64,000 nt of DNA. Source: Candidatus Microgenomates bacterium (GTDB lineage: Bacteria; Patescibacteriota; Microgenomatia; UBA8517). The translations under genes and the position numbers were made by a program. The stretch lies in assembly GCA_049523135.1 (NCBI GenBank), contig JBEKNE010000001.1:455009-519008 (forward strand), written 5' to 3'. Below, piece by piece: positions 40,983-50,185 of this stretch. Positions within the stretch are counted from its first letter, which is position 1, and each line of letters begins with the position of its first letter. Below the pieces are notes generated by a model. The model worked only from the letters and a program-made list of their open reading frames with translations, had not been told where the DNA came from and searched no databases.

Positions 40983-41822
40983 ATGTTAAACGGAACGCTA
41001 CAAAAAATTAAAGACACAGGATCTGAGGACCCATTCAATGCTCGACTTATGTTCGAAATTTTTAGTTTGCGTGACAAGATGGTAAAGAGTGATCAAGAAC
41101 GCCTACTTTTCGATAATTTCTACAATCCGATCCTGGAAACCATGGAGGAGACAGAGGATGCTTTTAAAAATGTAGTTAATATTATTAATAACCACAAGGC
41201 AAAAGTTGAAAACGGCTCAATTATAAAATTTCAGCATGATGTAATCGAGGTGAGTGAATCGATTGATAAGGAACTGAAGAAAAATTTTAAAGACTTTTTT
41301 GTAAAAGGCAATCGTGCAATGGATTTACTTGTCCCCTTCTTCAAGAATTACGGGTATTCAATTGGATTTGTTTTTAAGAATGACAAGGATTTTCTCGCAG
41401 GAGCAAGAAAATTTTCGGAAAAACATAATGAAGAAAAACACTCCAACTTTTTGAAGATGATTGAAGCTGACAGAAAACTATGGTTGCCACTTTTTGTTTC
41501 ACAAAGACAAGAGATAGAACACGAGGGTACGTCGCTTCCCGGTACGAAATATATGAAGACAAGGCCGGGTGAAGTTGCAGCTGTTTTTCCGAAAATTGAC
41601 GGCATCGAAATAACTGAACTTTTAAAAGGTAAATGGTGGACGCTTTTCGAGTTTGTCGAAGACTGCGTGGTAGCTTTAATAGACTTTAAACTTGAAGACC
41701 CCTGGATTATTGTACAAATTCCAGAAGGAAAACGGGATATAACTATGCCGTTGAAATATACCACCTCCGTTAAAGGATTTGCAGAATTTTTAGAAGCTGA
41801 AAGATTGAAAAAATCGCAATAA
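40983..41822 (+). CDS. putative HEPN-domain protein
   Basis: Helical-looking 279-aa protein with RQEIEH (Rx4H). Confidence 0.45.
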   Translation: MLNGTLQKIKDTGSEDPFNARLMFEIFSLRDKMVKSDQERLLFDNFYNPILETMEETEDAFKNVVNIINNHKAKVENGSIIKFQHDVIEVSESIDKELKKNFKDFFVKGNRAMDLLVPFFKNYGYSIGFVFKNDKDFLAGARKFSEKHNEEKHSNFLKMIEADRKLWLPLFVSQRQEIEHEGTSLPGTKYMKTRPGEVAAVFPKIDGIEITELLKGKWWTLFEFVEDCVVALIDFKLEDPWIIVQIPEGKRDITMPLKYTTSVKGFAEFLEAERLKKSQ

Positions 41823-41882
41823 AATGAGCTATAATGCGGTAGTTAGGACCTAACCCTATTCAAATAGGTATGGTTAAAGAAA

Positions 41883-41986
41883 ACCAGTAACGAGCAGAAA
41901 GCTCTCGTTGGAGCATCGTTACTGGTCACGGTTCCGAAAGGAATTGTGGGTGCCGCAAGGCATCGCCGACGGGAGCTTTTTATTTT
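41883..41986 (+). ncRNA. structured RNA / attenuator candidate
   Basis: 11-bp, 9-bp (GAAA loop), 6-bp (GCAA loop) and 14-bp helices followed by a U-tract. Confidence 0.6.
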
Positions 41987-42038
41987 GTATATATAAAAGT
42001 CTTCCTTCGGCCACCTTGTAACGAAAGAGGGTGAGGGT

Positions 42039-42674
42039 ATGGAAACACAAACAACCAAGAAAGACGAATGGTACAAGAAACCCTTTGGGGTGGTTTTAAT
42101 GCTACTTCTCTTTTTCCCAATAGGTCTTTACTTGATGTGGAAGTATACAAATTGGAATTCAAGGGTTAAATGGGGAATAACCGGTTTCTTTGGATTAATG
42201 ATTGTTATTGAAGGTGTGGTTAGCAATTTCCAAACAAGTAGTCAGACAAACCCAGTAGCAACAGGCCAATCTCCTAGTTCCGAGGCTACAACGACGCCCA
42301 GTCCAACTCCTGTAAAACAATTGGATTTGAAAGTAACCAACCTGGTAGTTAAAAAAATTAATATGGACCAGTGTCGATATTTTTTTAACATTAAAAATGG
42401 AGAACCGAATAACTTTTCAGGAAAAGTTGGTGTAGCTTTACATAAACTTGATAGTGTCTGGCCTGAAGATGGAAGTGAAGTACAGATTGATCAACTTGAA
42501 CCAAATTTATACAAAGTCTTTTATTTAGACAGTTCGCTTTGTCCGAATACTGTCGAGAAAGGTGGAGCTGCAACTTTTAGCTATACTGTAGAGGATGTAA
42601 ACGGGAATAAAGTTTTTGGAGAAGATCAGATACCGGTCACTAATCAATTTGAGGATGACACTATTAGTTATTAA
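42039..42674 (+). CDS. membrane-anchored protein (prophage surface/exclusion-type N-terminus)
   Basis: WYKK..LLFFPIGLYLMWK..W, two TMs, S/T/P linker, beta-rich C-terminal domain. Confidence 0.7.
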   Translation: METQTTKKDEWYKKPFGVVLMLLLFFPIGLYLMWKYTNWNSRVKWGITGFFGLMIVIEGVVSNFQTSSQTNPVATGQSPSSEATTTPSPTPVKQLDLKVTNLVVKKINMDQCRYFFNIKNGEPNNFSGKVGVALHKLDSVWPEDGSEVQIDQLEPNLYKVFYLDSSLCPNTVEKGGAATFSYTVEDVNGNKVFGEDQIPVTNQFEDDTISY

Positions 42675-42739
42675 AAATCTGAAAAATATAGGGTTATTAC
42701 AAACTATTCAGGTTTGCTTACCTAGACTATAATTTCCCT

Positions 42740-43258
42740 ATGAGAAAATATGACTGGCCCAACCTGAAGCAGGAATTCCTCACAGGGAAGTGGCTAAGTG
42801 TGGCCACTTTCTTTCGGGAAAAGGGTATCAGAAACAACTCACGCAGTAGGCTCAACGCTTCAGGATGGATTAAAGAAAGAAAAAACGATTTAGAACAGAT
42901 CGTCTCAAAATCCAAGGAAAGGATTATTGAAAGTGAGGTGGAGATCAGAATAAGGCAAGCTGAGGCTGCTAAGACGATGCAGCGGGTTGGATTAGAGAGA
43001 TTGGATAAACTATCCCCTGAGACGGCTGAAGACGCCAGAAAGCTCGTTACATCAGGCCTGGAACAGGAGCGTAGAGCTCTTGGACTTGAAGGCACGACTC
43101 ACCCTCAAAGACTGACACAAATCAATTTCAATGAACTTCCAAAGACTAAATTTGATGCAATGTTAGACGGCAAAAGTGCAGAGGAACTTTTGGAATTGCT
43201 AGCTGAAATAAGAAAGGAAAGAGAGCGAAGAAGAAATCTCGCAGTGACAGTGAAGTGA
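42740..43258 (+). CDS. terminase small subunit-like protein
   Basis: YDW..LKQEF.TG...W..ER HTH-type start, coiled coil, ERRALGL, and a 'S.EELLELL' tail. Confidence 0.5.
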   Translation: MRKYDWPNLKQEFLTGKWLSVATFFREKGIRNNSRSRLNASGWIKERKNDLEQIVSKSKERIIESEVEIRIRQAEAAKTMQRVGLERLDKLSPETAEDARKLVTSGLEQERRALGLEGTTHPQRLTQINFNELPKTKFDAMLDGKSAEELLELLAEIRKERERRRNLAVTVK

Positions 43259-43300
43259 CAGAACAGTGACAATTTCATCTCCATCCCCCTACCCCCGGTA
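43243..43300. repeat. three AGTGACA repeats at 11-bp period plus a C-rich tract
   Basis: AGTGACA at 43243, 43254 and 43265, followed by CCCCCTACCCCCGG. Confidence 0.7.
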
Positions 43301-43448
43301 TTCTCGAAGGCTGTCTGTGCGTGCATACGTATGGCACTTCAAAAACATGAGCAATTTTTTGAAAAGTTATGCTTTTTGTAAAATTTAGGCACGGTATTTT
43401 TGTAACTTCAACCTTTTTAGCTTCGTTTTGTTGTGAGAGTCACAAATC

Positions 43449-43547
43449 TTGACACGAAAACTGCTATCGGTCTAAAGTTGGGGTAATAGGTGTAGATCTG
43501 TAGAAATGCAGCGATCAGCACAGGCCTTGAACGGTCTGTGCTTTTTT
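43449..43547 (+). promoter_or_regulatory. promoter plus leader terminator of the replication operon
   Basis: TTGACA-N18-TAAAGT; hairpin AGCACAGGCC/GGTCTGTGCT followed by a T-tract. Confidence 0.55.
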
Positions 43548-43548
43548 G

Positions 43549-43734
43549 ATGCCTAAACAAATGAAAGATAGAGTAACACAGACAGAACCAAACGTTATCG
43601 CCCAAAAGTGCCCGGTGTGCAACGGCTTCGGCACGGTTTCATTCCAGAAAATTAAATGTCATGCCTGTGACGGTAAAGGTTTTATTTTAATCCCCGCAGA
43701 GATAGATAGAAAGAAATATGAAACAACCTTCTAA
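43549..43734 (+). CDS. small DnaJ-type zinc-finger protein
   Basis: CPVCNGFG and CHACDGKG. Confidence 0.7.
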   Translation: MPKQMKDRVTQTEPNVIAQKCPVCNGFGTVSFQKIKCHACDGKGFILIPAEIDRKKYETTF

Positions 43735-44023
43735 AACATTTACACCTGAAATATCAAGAGTCCTCGAGCTTTATGAAGAAGCTGACAACCTGGCTAAAGA
43801 TTTGTTGATAAAAAGTTGGAAATTAAAGAATGAGGACAAGCAAATCGCAAGACTCTATTACCAAAAAGCCTGTAGAGAGCGACAGAAGCTAGCTGAGCGT
43901 TTGGTTGATATAACAAAAGGATGGGAGCTGCGAGAGACCAGGGGCTTTGAAAGAGTCGGAGAGACTTTGATCCGCATGATTAAGGACGGATATTTAGATT
44001 TGGAGGTTAAAAATGAGAGTTAG
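43718..44023 (+). CDS. hypothetical protein
   Basis: 101-aa ORF overlapping both neighbours. Confidence 0.65.
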   Translation: MKQPSKTFTPEISRVLELYEEADNLAKDLLIKSWKLKNEDKQIARLYYQKACRERQKLAERLVDITKGWELRETRGFERVGETLIRMIKDGYLDLEVKNES

Positions 44024-44507
44024 AGAATGGTTTGTAATTCTACAGCAGAGTGAAGTTGAAAAATGTAAAACACCATCTCAATTACTCGTCTACGCTTCAA
44101 TTAAAAGCTTTTGCGGTAACGGAAAAATTCATGCAGCATTATCCTACCGCGATATCTCTAATAGATCAAAGTTTTCTGTCGGATGGACAAAACCGGTAAT
44201 TGAACAATTAAAAAAATTAGGACTTGTGTTTACTCACGGAACAGAAATAAGGAGAGGCGGAACTGTGGAAGTGTTTAGTGTTGGAACAGTAGATAGCGAC
44301 CAAGGTGTTCCGTCCGTCTCAATTAGTGTTCCGCAAGCAGGCACCAAAAACCAGCAAAGTAAAAAAGTAAATAAAAACAAACAACATCCTTATAAGAATC
44401 AGAAAGAATCCCTGACTGCCGCCCCGCAAGCATTGCCCAGCGACTTAAAAGAAAAATTATGGAGCTGGGCTGAAATAATTTCCGAGAAGGGAGGCGGTCA
44501 TGTCTGA
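44013..44507 (+). CDS. wHTH replication initiator-like protein
   Basis: LLVY..I......SYRDIS....S......IEQLKKLGLV, internal iteron-like repeats, directly upstream of a helicase. Confidence 0.55.
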   Translation: MRVREWFVILQQSEVEKCKTPSQLLVYASIKSFCGNGKIHAALSYRDISNRSKFSVGWTKPVIEQLKKLGLVFTHGTEIRRGGTVEVFSVGTVDSDQGVPSVSISVPQAGTKNQQSKKVNKNKQHPYKNQKESLTAAPQALPSDLKEKLWSWAEIISEKGGGHV

Positions 44508-45432
44508 CTTTTTCGATATTGTTTCAAAAAAAGATCTCTCCGAAAAGATAACTTGCGGGATCTCTTCAATTGATAATTCTATTAAAGGTTTTACTGTCGG
44601 GGGCAATTACCTATTATCCGGGCCTAGAAAGTCAGGGAAAAGTAGTTTGTTGGTTGGCTTCGTAAATCATTGGTTGTCAAAATCGCTCGTTGTCGGCTAC
44701 ATAAATTCCGAGATGGATGAAAAACATCTCAACGACATGCTCCAGTCTAATTTCTTTGACAAGCGAAAAGATGAATTAACTGCAAACAACGATATGGAAT
44801 ATAAAAACAGATTTCGTTCAAGTTTTTTATATTCCGGACCGACGGATATTCGTGGTAGTCAGGGTATAAGTTTGGATGGCTTGGAATCAGAAATTAGAAG
44901 ACTGATTAAAGCAGGTGCAAAAATCATAGTGATCGACAATCTTACAAAACTACAGGAATCAGCTCCAAGCGGGACACCGGGATATCAGAATTTGGCAAAA
45001 GGTGTTTCCATAGTTACCACTTTATGCAGAGATAATAACGTTCTGGGTTTTACTGTAATTCATACAAAGGATGAGCTCACTTTTACTGAAACTCCTGAAG
45101 GAATAGCCAAGGCAGTTGAAGACCATCTTCCTGAAAAGATATTTGAAAAATCTGTAACGATTTTAAGAAAACCAAGTTCTTCTTCAATTTACGGAGGGGG
45201 TAGTACAAAAACAGATTTACTCGGAACAATGCTCTTATGGAGGCCGTATCAATTCTTTTCCGATCCAAGTTATTCTTCGCTCGCAGCATTAATATTTGAA
45301 GATTTTAGAGGAGAAGCTCCGTTGGAAATGGTACGACTGATGTTTGACGGTTCTAAAAGTGTTTTTAAGGAAGATCTTTTGGAAAAGAATATCCGGAAAA
45401 TATTTGGAACGGAGGAAGCAGATGGAAAATAA
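44500..45432 (+). CDS. DnaB/RecA-fold helicase
   Basis: TCGISSID..IKGF, SGPRKSGKS, NSEM, IVIDNL, H motif. Confidence 0.8.
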   Translation: MSDFFDIVSKKDLSEKITCGISSIDNSIKGFTVGGNYLLSGPRKSGKSSLLVGFVNHWLSKSLVVGYINSEMDEKHLNDMLQSNFFDKRKDELTANNDMEYKNRFRSSFLYSGPTDIRGSQGISLDGLESEIRRLIKAGAKIIVIDNLTKLQESAPSGTPGYQNLAKGVSIVTTLCRDNNVLGFTVIHTKDELTFTETPEGIAKAVEDHLPEKIFEKSVTILRKPSSSSIYGGGSTKTDLLGTMLLWRPYQFFSDPSYSSLAALIFEDFRGEAPLEMVRLMFDGSKSVFKEDLLEKNIRKIFGTEEADGK

Positions 45433-45628
45433 AAAATCTGCTCCCCAATCACCTGACAGCTTCTTAACAAAGATTGAGGTAGAAGAGTTTAAAAAAATCG
45501 TAAAGGAATTATACGGGTTTGATCTTAATAATTCAGAGGCTGAAGATCAAGGTAGAAGATTAATCCAAATATTCGAGCTCATACAAAGGTTCGAACTGAA
45601 TCCCGATGTCGGGAAAAGATATAGTTGA
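45422..45628 (+). CDS. small protein preceding the integrase
   Basis: EEFKKIVKELYGFDL.NSEAE; candidate directionality or regulatory factor (inference from position). Confidence 0.6.
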   Translation: MENKKSAPQSPDSFLTKIEVEEFKKIVKELYGFDLNNSEAEDQGRRLIQIFELIQRFELNPDVGKRYS

Positions 45629-45665
45629 AAGGTGTTAAGAAAGGATTAAAGATTGGTTAAGAACT

Positions 45666-47267
45666 ATGAAAGCGACAATTATTGCTAGAGTTAGCAAAGA
45701 CGAACAAAAAGAAAATTCACCAGAAGCCCAAAGAGCAAGACTTTTAGCATATATAAAACGGTCAAATAAACTGATTTTGGATAGGGAATTTAATTTTGAA
45801 GAATCGGCCCATAGAGCAAAAGACCGAAAAAAATTTAATAATGAAGTTATTCCGTATCTTAAAAGCCAAAAAGAAACTATCGCTGTATGTTGTGACAAGG
45901 TAGACAGATTGTCTCGAGATTTTTTAGTGGGTCTACCCGCTCTTGAGGAACTTAGAAGAGAAGGAAAAATTGAAATTCATTGCCCATCGGACAATTTGAT
46001 TATACATAAAAATTCCCCTGCGACAGACCTTTTTCATTACAATATAGCATTAGCTCTCGCTCAGTATTATTCGGATAGTACTAGCGACAATGTCAAACGA
46101 GCTTTTGAGAGAAAAATTGCCCGGGGTGTTTATCCAAACCATGTGCCATTGGGATACTTAAATACGCCAGAGTTAGAAAAGGGTCACAGAGAAGTCCACG
46201 ATGATAAGGAAAGATGGCATCTTTGTCGAAAATGGTGGGATTTGATGCTGACCGGAATTTACACAGTAGAGGGCTCCCTTGAAGAAATTACTCGATTAGG
46301 ATTACGAAATTTGAGAGGCAACCCAATCTCAAGAACAACAGCTTACCGGTATTTTAGGGATATTTTTTACACCGGTAACTTCAAATTTAACAATATTGTT
46401 TATCCGGGTAGCCATGTTCCGATGATTACAATGACTGAGTGGATTAAAGTACAACATATTCTCGATAGTAAAGGTAAAAGAGGTAACGGAACAATTGACG
46501 ATTCATTCCAAAAAGCGTTTGAAGGAATGCTTAGGTGCGGTGAATGCAAGGCGAGTATCACGATGGAAAGGAAAATTAAGCATTACAAAAATGGTACAAC
46601 TCAGGTTATTTGGTATTATAGGTGTACGAAAAAGAAAGGACATTGTTCTCAACCATACTTAAATGCTAAAGATTTTGACCCTCAAATCCATAAATATATA
46701 TCAAGTTTAGAGATCAACCCAAAATTTGGAGATTGGATTAAGAAAGTACTTAAAAGGCGTAATGCATATGAATATGAATTTTCTCGTAAAAATAGGGAAA
46801 TAATTACTAAAAGACTAAATGAACTAGATACAAAGAAAGAGATACTTACGAAAATGAAGATGGATGGAATGGTTGACGAGGAGAAGTATCAAACTAAAAA
46901 GAATGCGTACTTAATAGAAGAGAAAGAGTTATTGGAGGAACAATTAGTGAAAACCACTGAAAAATGGGAATCTGTAGTAGACAATTTAATCAATTTCGCC
47001 TCTAATGTTAATAAATTATTCGAGTTTGGAGATATTTACACAAGGCAGTATGTATTAAAAATACTTGGCTCGGACCTGATTTTACTAGACAGAAAAGTTA
47101 AAATTGAGGCTAAAAAAGCGTTTATTTTCCTCCGGGACTATCAAGACAACTCACACACGGAAGATCTATGGCTCGAACCCAAGAATATGCCGTATTCTAG
47201 GACAAAAGAGGACTCTGCCTCTAAAAAATCCCTTACTGTGCCGAGGGCGGGACTCGGACCCGCATGA
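45666..47267 (+). CDS. large serine recombinase/integrase
   Basis: ARVS..Q, ESA, DKVDRLSR, recombinase domain PLGY/YTG, Zn ribbon CGEC..YYRC, coiled coil. Confidence 0.93.
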   Translation: MKATIIARVSKDEQKENSPEAQRARLLAYIKRSNKLILDREFNFEESAHRAKDRKKFNNEVIPYLKSQKETIAVCCDKVDRLSRDFLVGLPALEELRREGKIEIHCPSDNLIIHKNSPATDLFHYNIALALAQYYSDSTSDNVKRAFERKIARGVYPNHVPLGYLNTPELEKGHREVHDDKERWHLCRKWWDLMLTGIYTVEGSLEEITRLGLRNLRGNPISRTTAYRYFRDIFYTGNFKFNNIVYPGSHVPMITMTEWIKVQHILDSKGKRGNGTIDDSFQKAFEGMLRCGECKASITMERKIKHYKNGTTQVIWYYRCTKKKGHCSQPYLNAKDFDPQIHKYISSLEINPKFGDWIKKVLKRRNAYEYEFSRKNREIITKRLNELDTKKEILTKMKMDGMVDEEKYQTKKNAYLIEEKELLEEQLVKTTEKWESVVDNLINFASNVNKLFEFGDIYTRQYVLKILGSDLILLDRKVKIEAKKAFIFLRDYQDNSHTEDLWLEPKNMPYSRTKEDSASKKSLTVPRAGLGPA

Positions 47268-47322
47268 GTTATGCACTCGAGGGCTCTTAAGGCCCTTGCG
47301 TATACCATTTCGCCACCTCGGC
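47239..47322 (-). tRNA. tRNA-Leu(UAA)
   Basis: AGGGC-CTTAAGA-GCCCT, long variable arm, T loop reads TCCGAG. Confidence 0.9.
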
Positions 47323-47349
47323 TCGATTGAATTCTATCACAAATCAAGG

Positions 47350-48954
47350 CTATTTTTTAGCTGCAGCTTTCAAAAACTCAACAAAAATTGGGTGGGGAGA
47401 AAGAGGACGACTGATATACTCCGGGTGAAACTGTGTTCCTACAAAAAACGGGTGATCTTTTAGTTCAATTGCCTCAACCAATTTTCCATCAGGGGAAGTG
47501 CCGCTAATTATAAATCCGGCTTTCTCAAAACTCTCCCTGTATTTATTATTGAATTCATATCTGTGTCTATGTCTTTCATTTAAAACATTATCTTTTCCGT
47601 AGATTTTATGAAGTAAAGTTCCTTTTTTAATTTTAAGTTGCCAGGCTCCAAGTCTGATCGTTCCCCCGAACTGCTTATTTTTTATAAGTTCTTTTTGATA
47701 ATCCATTGTATGGATAACCGGATGTTTTGTTCCGTCTTCTGCCTCTTCCGTATTGGCATCTTTCAAACCCAAAACATCACGAGCAAACTCAATTGTTGCC
47801 ATCTGCATTCCAAAACAAAGTCCAAGATAGGGAATATTATTCTCGCGGGCATATTTTATTGCGGAAACTTTGCCTTCAATCCCACGTTTTCCCCATCCTT
47901 GAGGAACCAAAATTGCATCCATTTGGGAAAGATCCATTTTTTCATCTTCCGAATCAACCCAATTTATATTTATTCCTATTCCCGTTTTGGCCGAAGCATG
48001 TCTCAAAGCTTCAACTACGCTCACATACGCATCTTGCAGAATATAGTCCCCGCTTCTTTGGTATTTTCCGACAATTCCGATTTTTACAGTTTTTTGTTTC
48101 TTGGCTTGAACTTTCTTTACCATCTCGATCCATTTTTCCAAATCCGATTTTCCCGCTTTAAATCCAAGTTTTTTCAACACTTTCAAATCCAATTTTTCTT
48201 TTTTGAGAAATAAAGGAACTTTATACACAGAGTCCAAATCGGGGTTACTGATAATGTTCTCAATAGGAAGACCAGATGCAAGGGCAATTTTTTCTTTTCT
48301 TTTATCGTCAACAACTCTTTCGGCTCTGCCAACCACGAAATCCGGCATAATTCCCAATGAATTAAGAGTAGATATCGATTGTTGGAGAGGCTTGCTTTTA
48401 AGTTCCCCAATATTTCCTGGGGCAGGCAGATAACCTACATGAACCAAGACAACATCTTTAGGATATTGAAGTTTTAGTCTTCTGTAGGACTCAAAAAATA
48501 AAAGTCCTTCATATTCGCCAACTGTGCCCCCAAGCTCTATTATGATTATATCCGCTTTGTTTATTTCCCCCGCTTTCTGCCACCTTTTTATAATCTCCGG
48601 AGGGATATGGTGATAAGGCTCAACACACTTGCCTTCATAGTCGAGCGCCCGCTCTTTATCTAAAACAAATTTGTAAATTAACCCGTTTGTTAGGTAATTA
48701 TCGCGGGATAAATTAACTCCCAGAAATCTTTCATAATGCCCGAGATCCTGATCGGTTTCGATTCCGTCATTGGTAACAAAAACTTCCCCGTGTTCAATTG
48801 GATTCATTGTACCCGCGTCAATATTAAGGTACATATCACATTTCATTATGGTAACTTTGTAGCCCCTGCTTTGAAGAAGGAGTCCGAGGGAGGCGGCGGT
48901 TATGCCTTTACCGAGGCCGGAGAGAACACCACCAGAAACAATAATATACTTCAC
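47350..48954 (-). CDS. pyrG: CTP synthase
   Basis: GGVLSGLGKG, HGEVFVT.DG.ETD.DLG, GLCFGMQ, QFHPE; GTG start at 48954. Confidence 0.97.
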   Translation of the reverse strand: MKYIIVSGGVLSGLGKGITAASLGLLLQSRGYKVTIMKCDMYLNIDAGTMNPIEHGEVFVTNDGIETDQDLGHYERFLGVNLSRDNYLTNGLIYKFVLDKERALDYEGKCVEPYHHIPPEIIKRWQKAGEINKADIIIIELGGTVGEYEGLLFFESYRRLKLQYPKDVVLVHVGYLPAPGNIGELKSKPLQQSISTLNSLGIMPDFVVGRAERVVDDKRKEKIALASGLPIENIISNPDLDSVYKVPLFLKKEKLDLKVLKKLGFKAGKSDLEKWIEMVKKVQAKKQKTVKIGIVGKYQRSGDYILQDAYVSVVEALRHASAKTGIGININWVDSEDEKMDLSQMDAILVPQGWGKRGIEGKVSAIKYARENNIPYLGLCFGMQMATIEFARDVLGLKDANTEEAEDGTKHPVIHTMDYQKELIKNKQFGGTIRLGAWQLKIKKGTLLHKIYGKDNVLNERHRHRYEFNNKYRESFEKAGFIISGTSPDGKLVEAIELKDHPFFVGTQFHPEYISRPLSPHPIFVEFLKAAAKK

Positions 48955-49009
48955 TCTGGAACTACTTATATCACATTCGCTTGAGAAGATGTCAAGAGGA
49001 AAATTTTTG

Positions 49010-49081
49010 TGCACCTGGGGGGAATTGAACCCTCATCAATAGTTCCGAAGACTATTGCTTTATCCGTTAAGCTACAGGTGC
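49010..49081 (-). tRNA. tRNA-Arg(UCG)
   Basis: ATAGT-CTTCGGA-ACTAT. Confidence 0.93.
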
Positions 49082-49107
49082 TAGTTTCAGCTATAATTGT
49101 ATCAAAT

Positions 49108-50184
49108 ATGCTAACAATTGACGAACAAATCGCCCAAATCGAGGAAACACTCAGTAAAACTCCGCACCATAAAGCCACAAACGGATTTATCGGGGCAATG
49201 AGAGCAAAGATAGCGCGTCTAAGAGATGAAGAGGTAGAAAAGGCAAGTAAAGGAAAAGGCGGCGGCGGCGGATACCAGGTTAAAAAACAAGGAGATGCAA
49301 CTGTTGTTTTGGTCGGACCACCTTCTTCGGGAAAATCCACTCTTATCAACCAACTGACCAATGCGGAGAGTAAAGTTGCTCCTTATGAATTTACCACGGT
49401 TACCGTTGTTCCGGGAATGCTTAAATATAGGCAGGCCTACATTCAAATCCTGGATATTCCAGGACTCATTGAAGGAGCAAAGGAAGGAAAAGGAAGGGGC
49501 AAAGAAGTTTTGTCTGTCGCCAGAGCCGCTGATTTATTAATCATCATGACCGATGCTAAAAGAATAAATCTATTTGCGGGCATGTATAAAGAATTGACCG
49601 ACTTTGGAATAAGAATTAATGAAATTCCTCCAAAGGTGTTAATCGATAGAAAATCCGAAGGAGGACTTGATGTATTCTCAAATATTAAACAAATAATCGA
49701 TAAAGAAACAATTAAGAATATTGCCCGTGAATACGGAATTAAAAATGGCACAATAACTCTTCTTGAAAAAGTTAGTTTAAACCGTCTTTTTGATGCTTTT
49801 TCAGTAAATAGGGTTTATATTCCTGCAATTTTCATTATTAATAAAATTGATGAAGAACCAAATTACAAAGAATTGATTGACGGAGAATATGTAGCAATAA
49901 GCGCGGATAGGGGAGACAATATTGACGAATTAATAAATGAAATGTGGAAAGCCTTAAAATTTGTTACTGTATATTTAGTAAAACCTAATGAAGAAATCGG
50001 ACTCGGAAGTCCTATTGTTATGAAACAGTCGGAAACCATAAGAGATGTTGCACTAAAAATCGGACCGGACTTTGCGGAAAGAAACAAACTTGTTAAAATC
50101 TGGGGAGTGGGCGCAAAATTTGACGGTCAGGAAGTTTCTTTCGATACAAAAGTTGAGGAGGGAATGCAAATCCGATTTTTTTAA
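49108..50184 (+). CDS. DRG/Rbg-type OBG-family GTPase with TGS domain
   Basis: KAT..IG..RAKIARLR, GPPSSGKS, YEFTT, DIPG.IEGA..GKGRG, NKID. Confidence 0.88.
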   Translation: MLTIDEQIAQIEETLSKTPHHKATNGFIGAMRAKIARLRDEEVEKASKGKGGGGGYQVKKQGDATVVLVGPPSSGKSTLINQLTNAESKVAPYEFTTVTVVPGMLKYRQAYIQILDIPGLIEGAKEGKGRGKEVLSVARAADLLIIMTDAKRINLFAGMYKELTDFGIRINEIPPKVLIDRKSEGGLDVFSNIKQIIDKETIKNIAREYGIKNGTITLLEKVSLNRLFDAFSVNRVYIPAIFIINKIDEEPNYKELIDGEYVAISADRGDNIDELINEMWKALKFVTVYLVKPNEEIGLGSPIVMKQSETIRDVALKIGPDFAERNKLVKIWGVGAKFDGQEVSFDTKVEEGMQIRFF

Positions 50185-50185
50185 T

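Larger units (their letters stand above)
36577..47244. mobile_element. integrated satellite/PICI-like element at tRNA-Leu(UAA)
   Basis: GTGCCGA direct repeat at 36577-83 and 47238-44. The left copy extends to TGGTGCCGA, the displaced tRNA-Leu 3' end with CCA. Contains serine integrase, Rep, DnaB-like and TerS-like genes. Confidence 0.8.

Noticed and set aside
49009-49107. N-terminal extension of the GTPase ORF (similarly for pyrG and the methyltransferase)
   Set aside because: The extensions overlap tRNA-Arg or neighbouring genes. The likely starts are 49108, 48954 and 50186.
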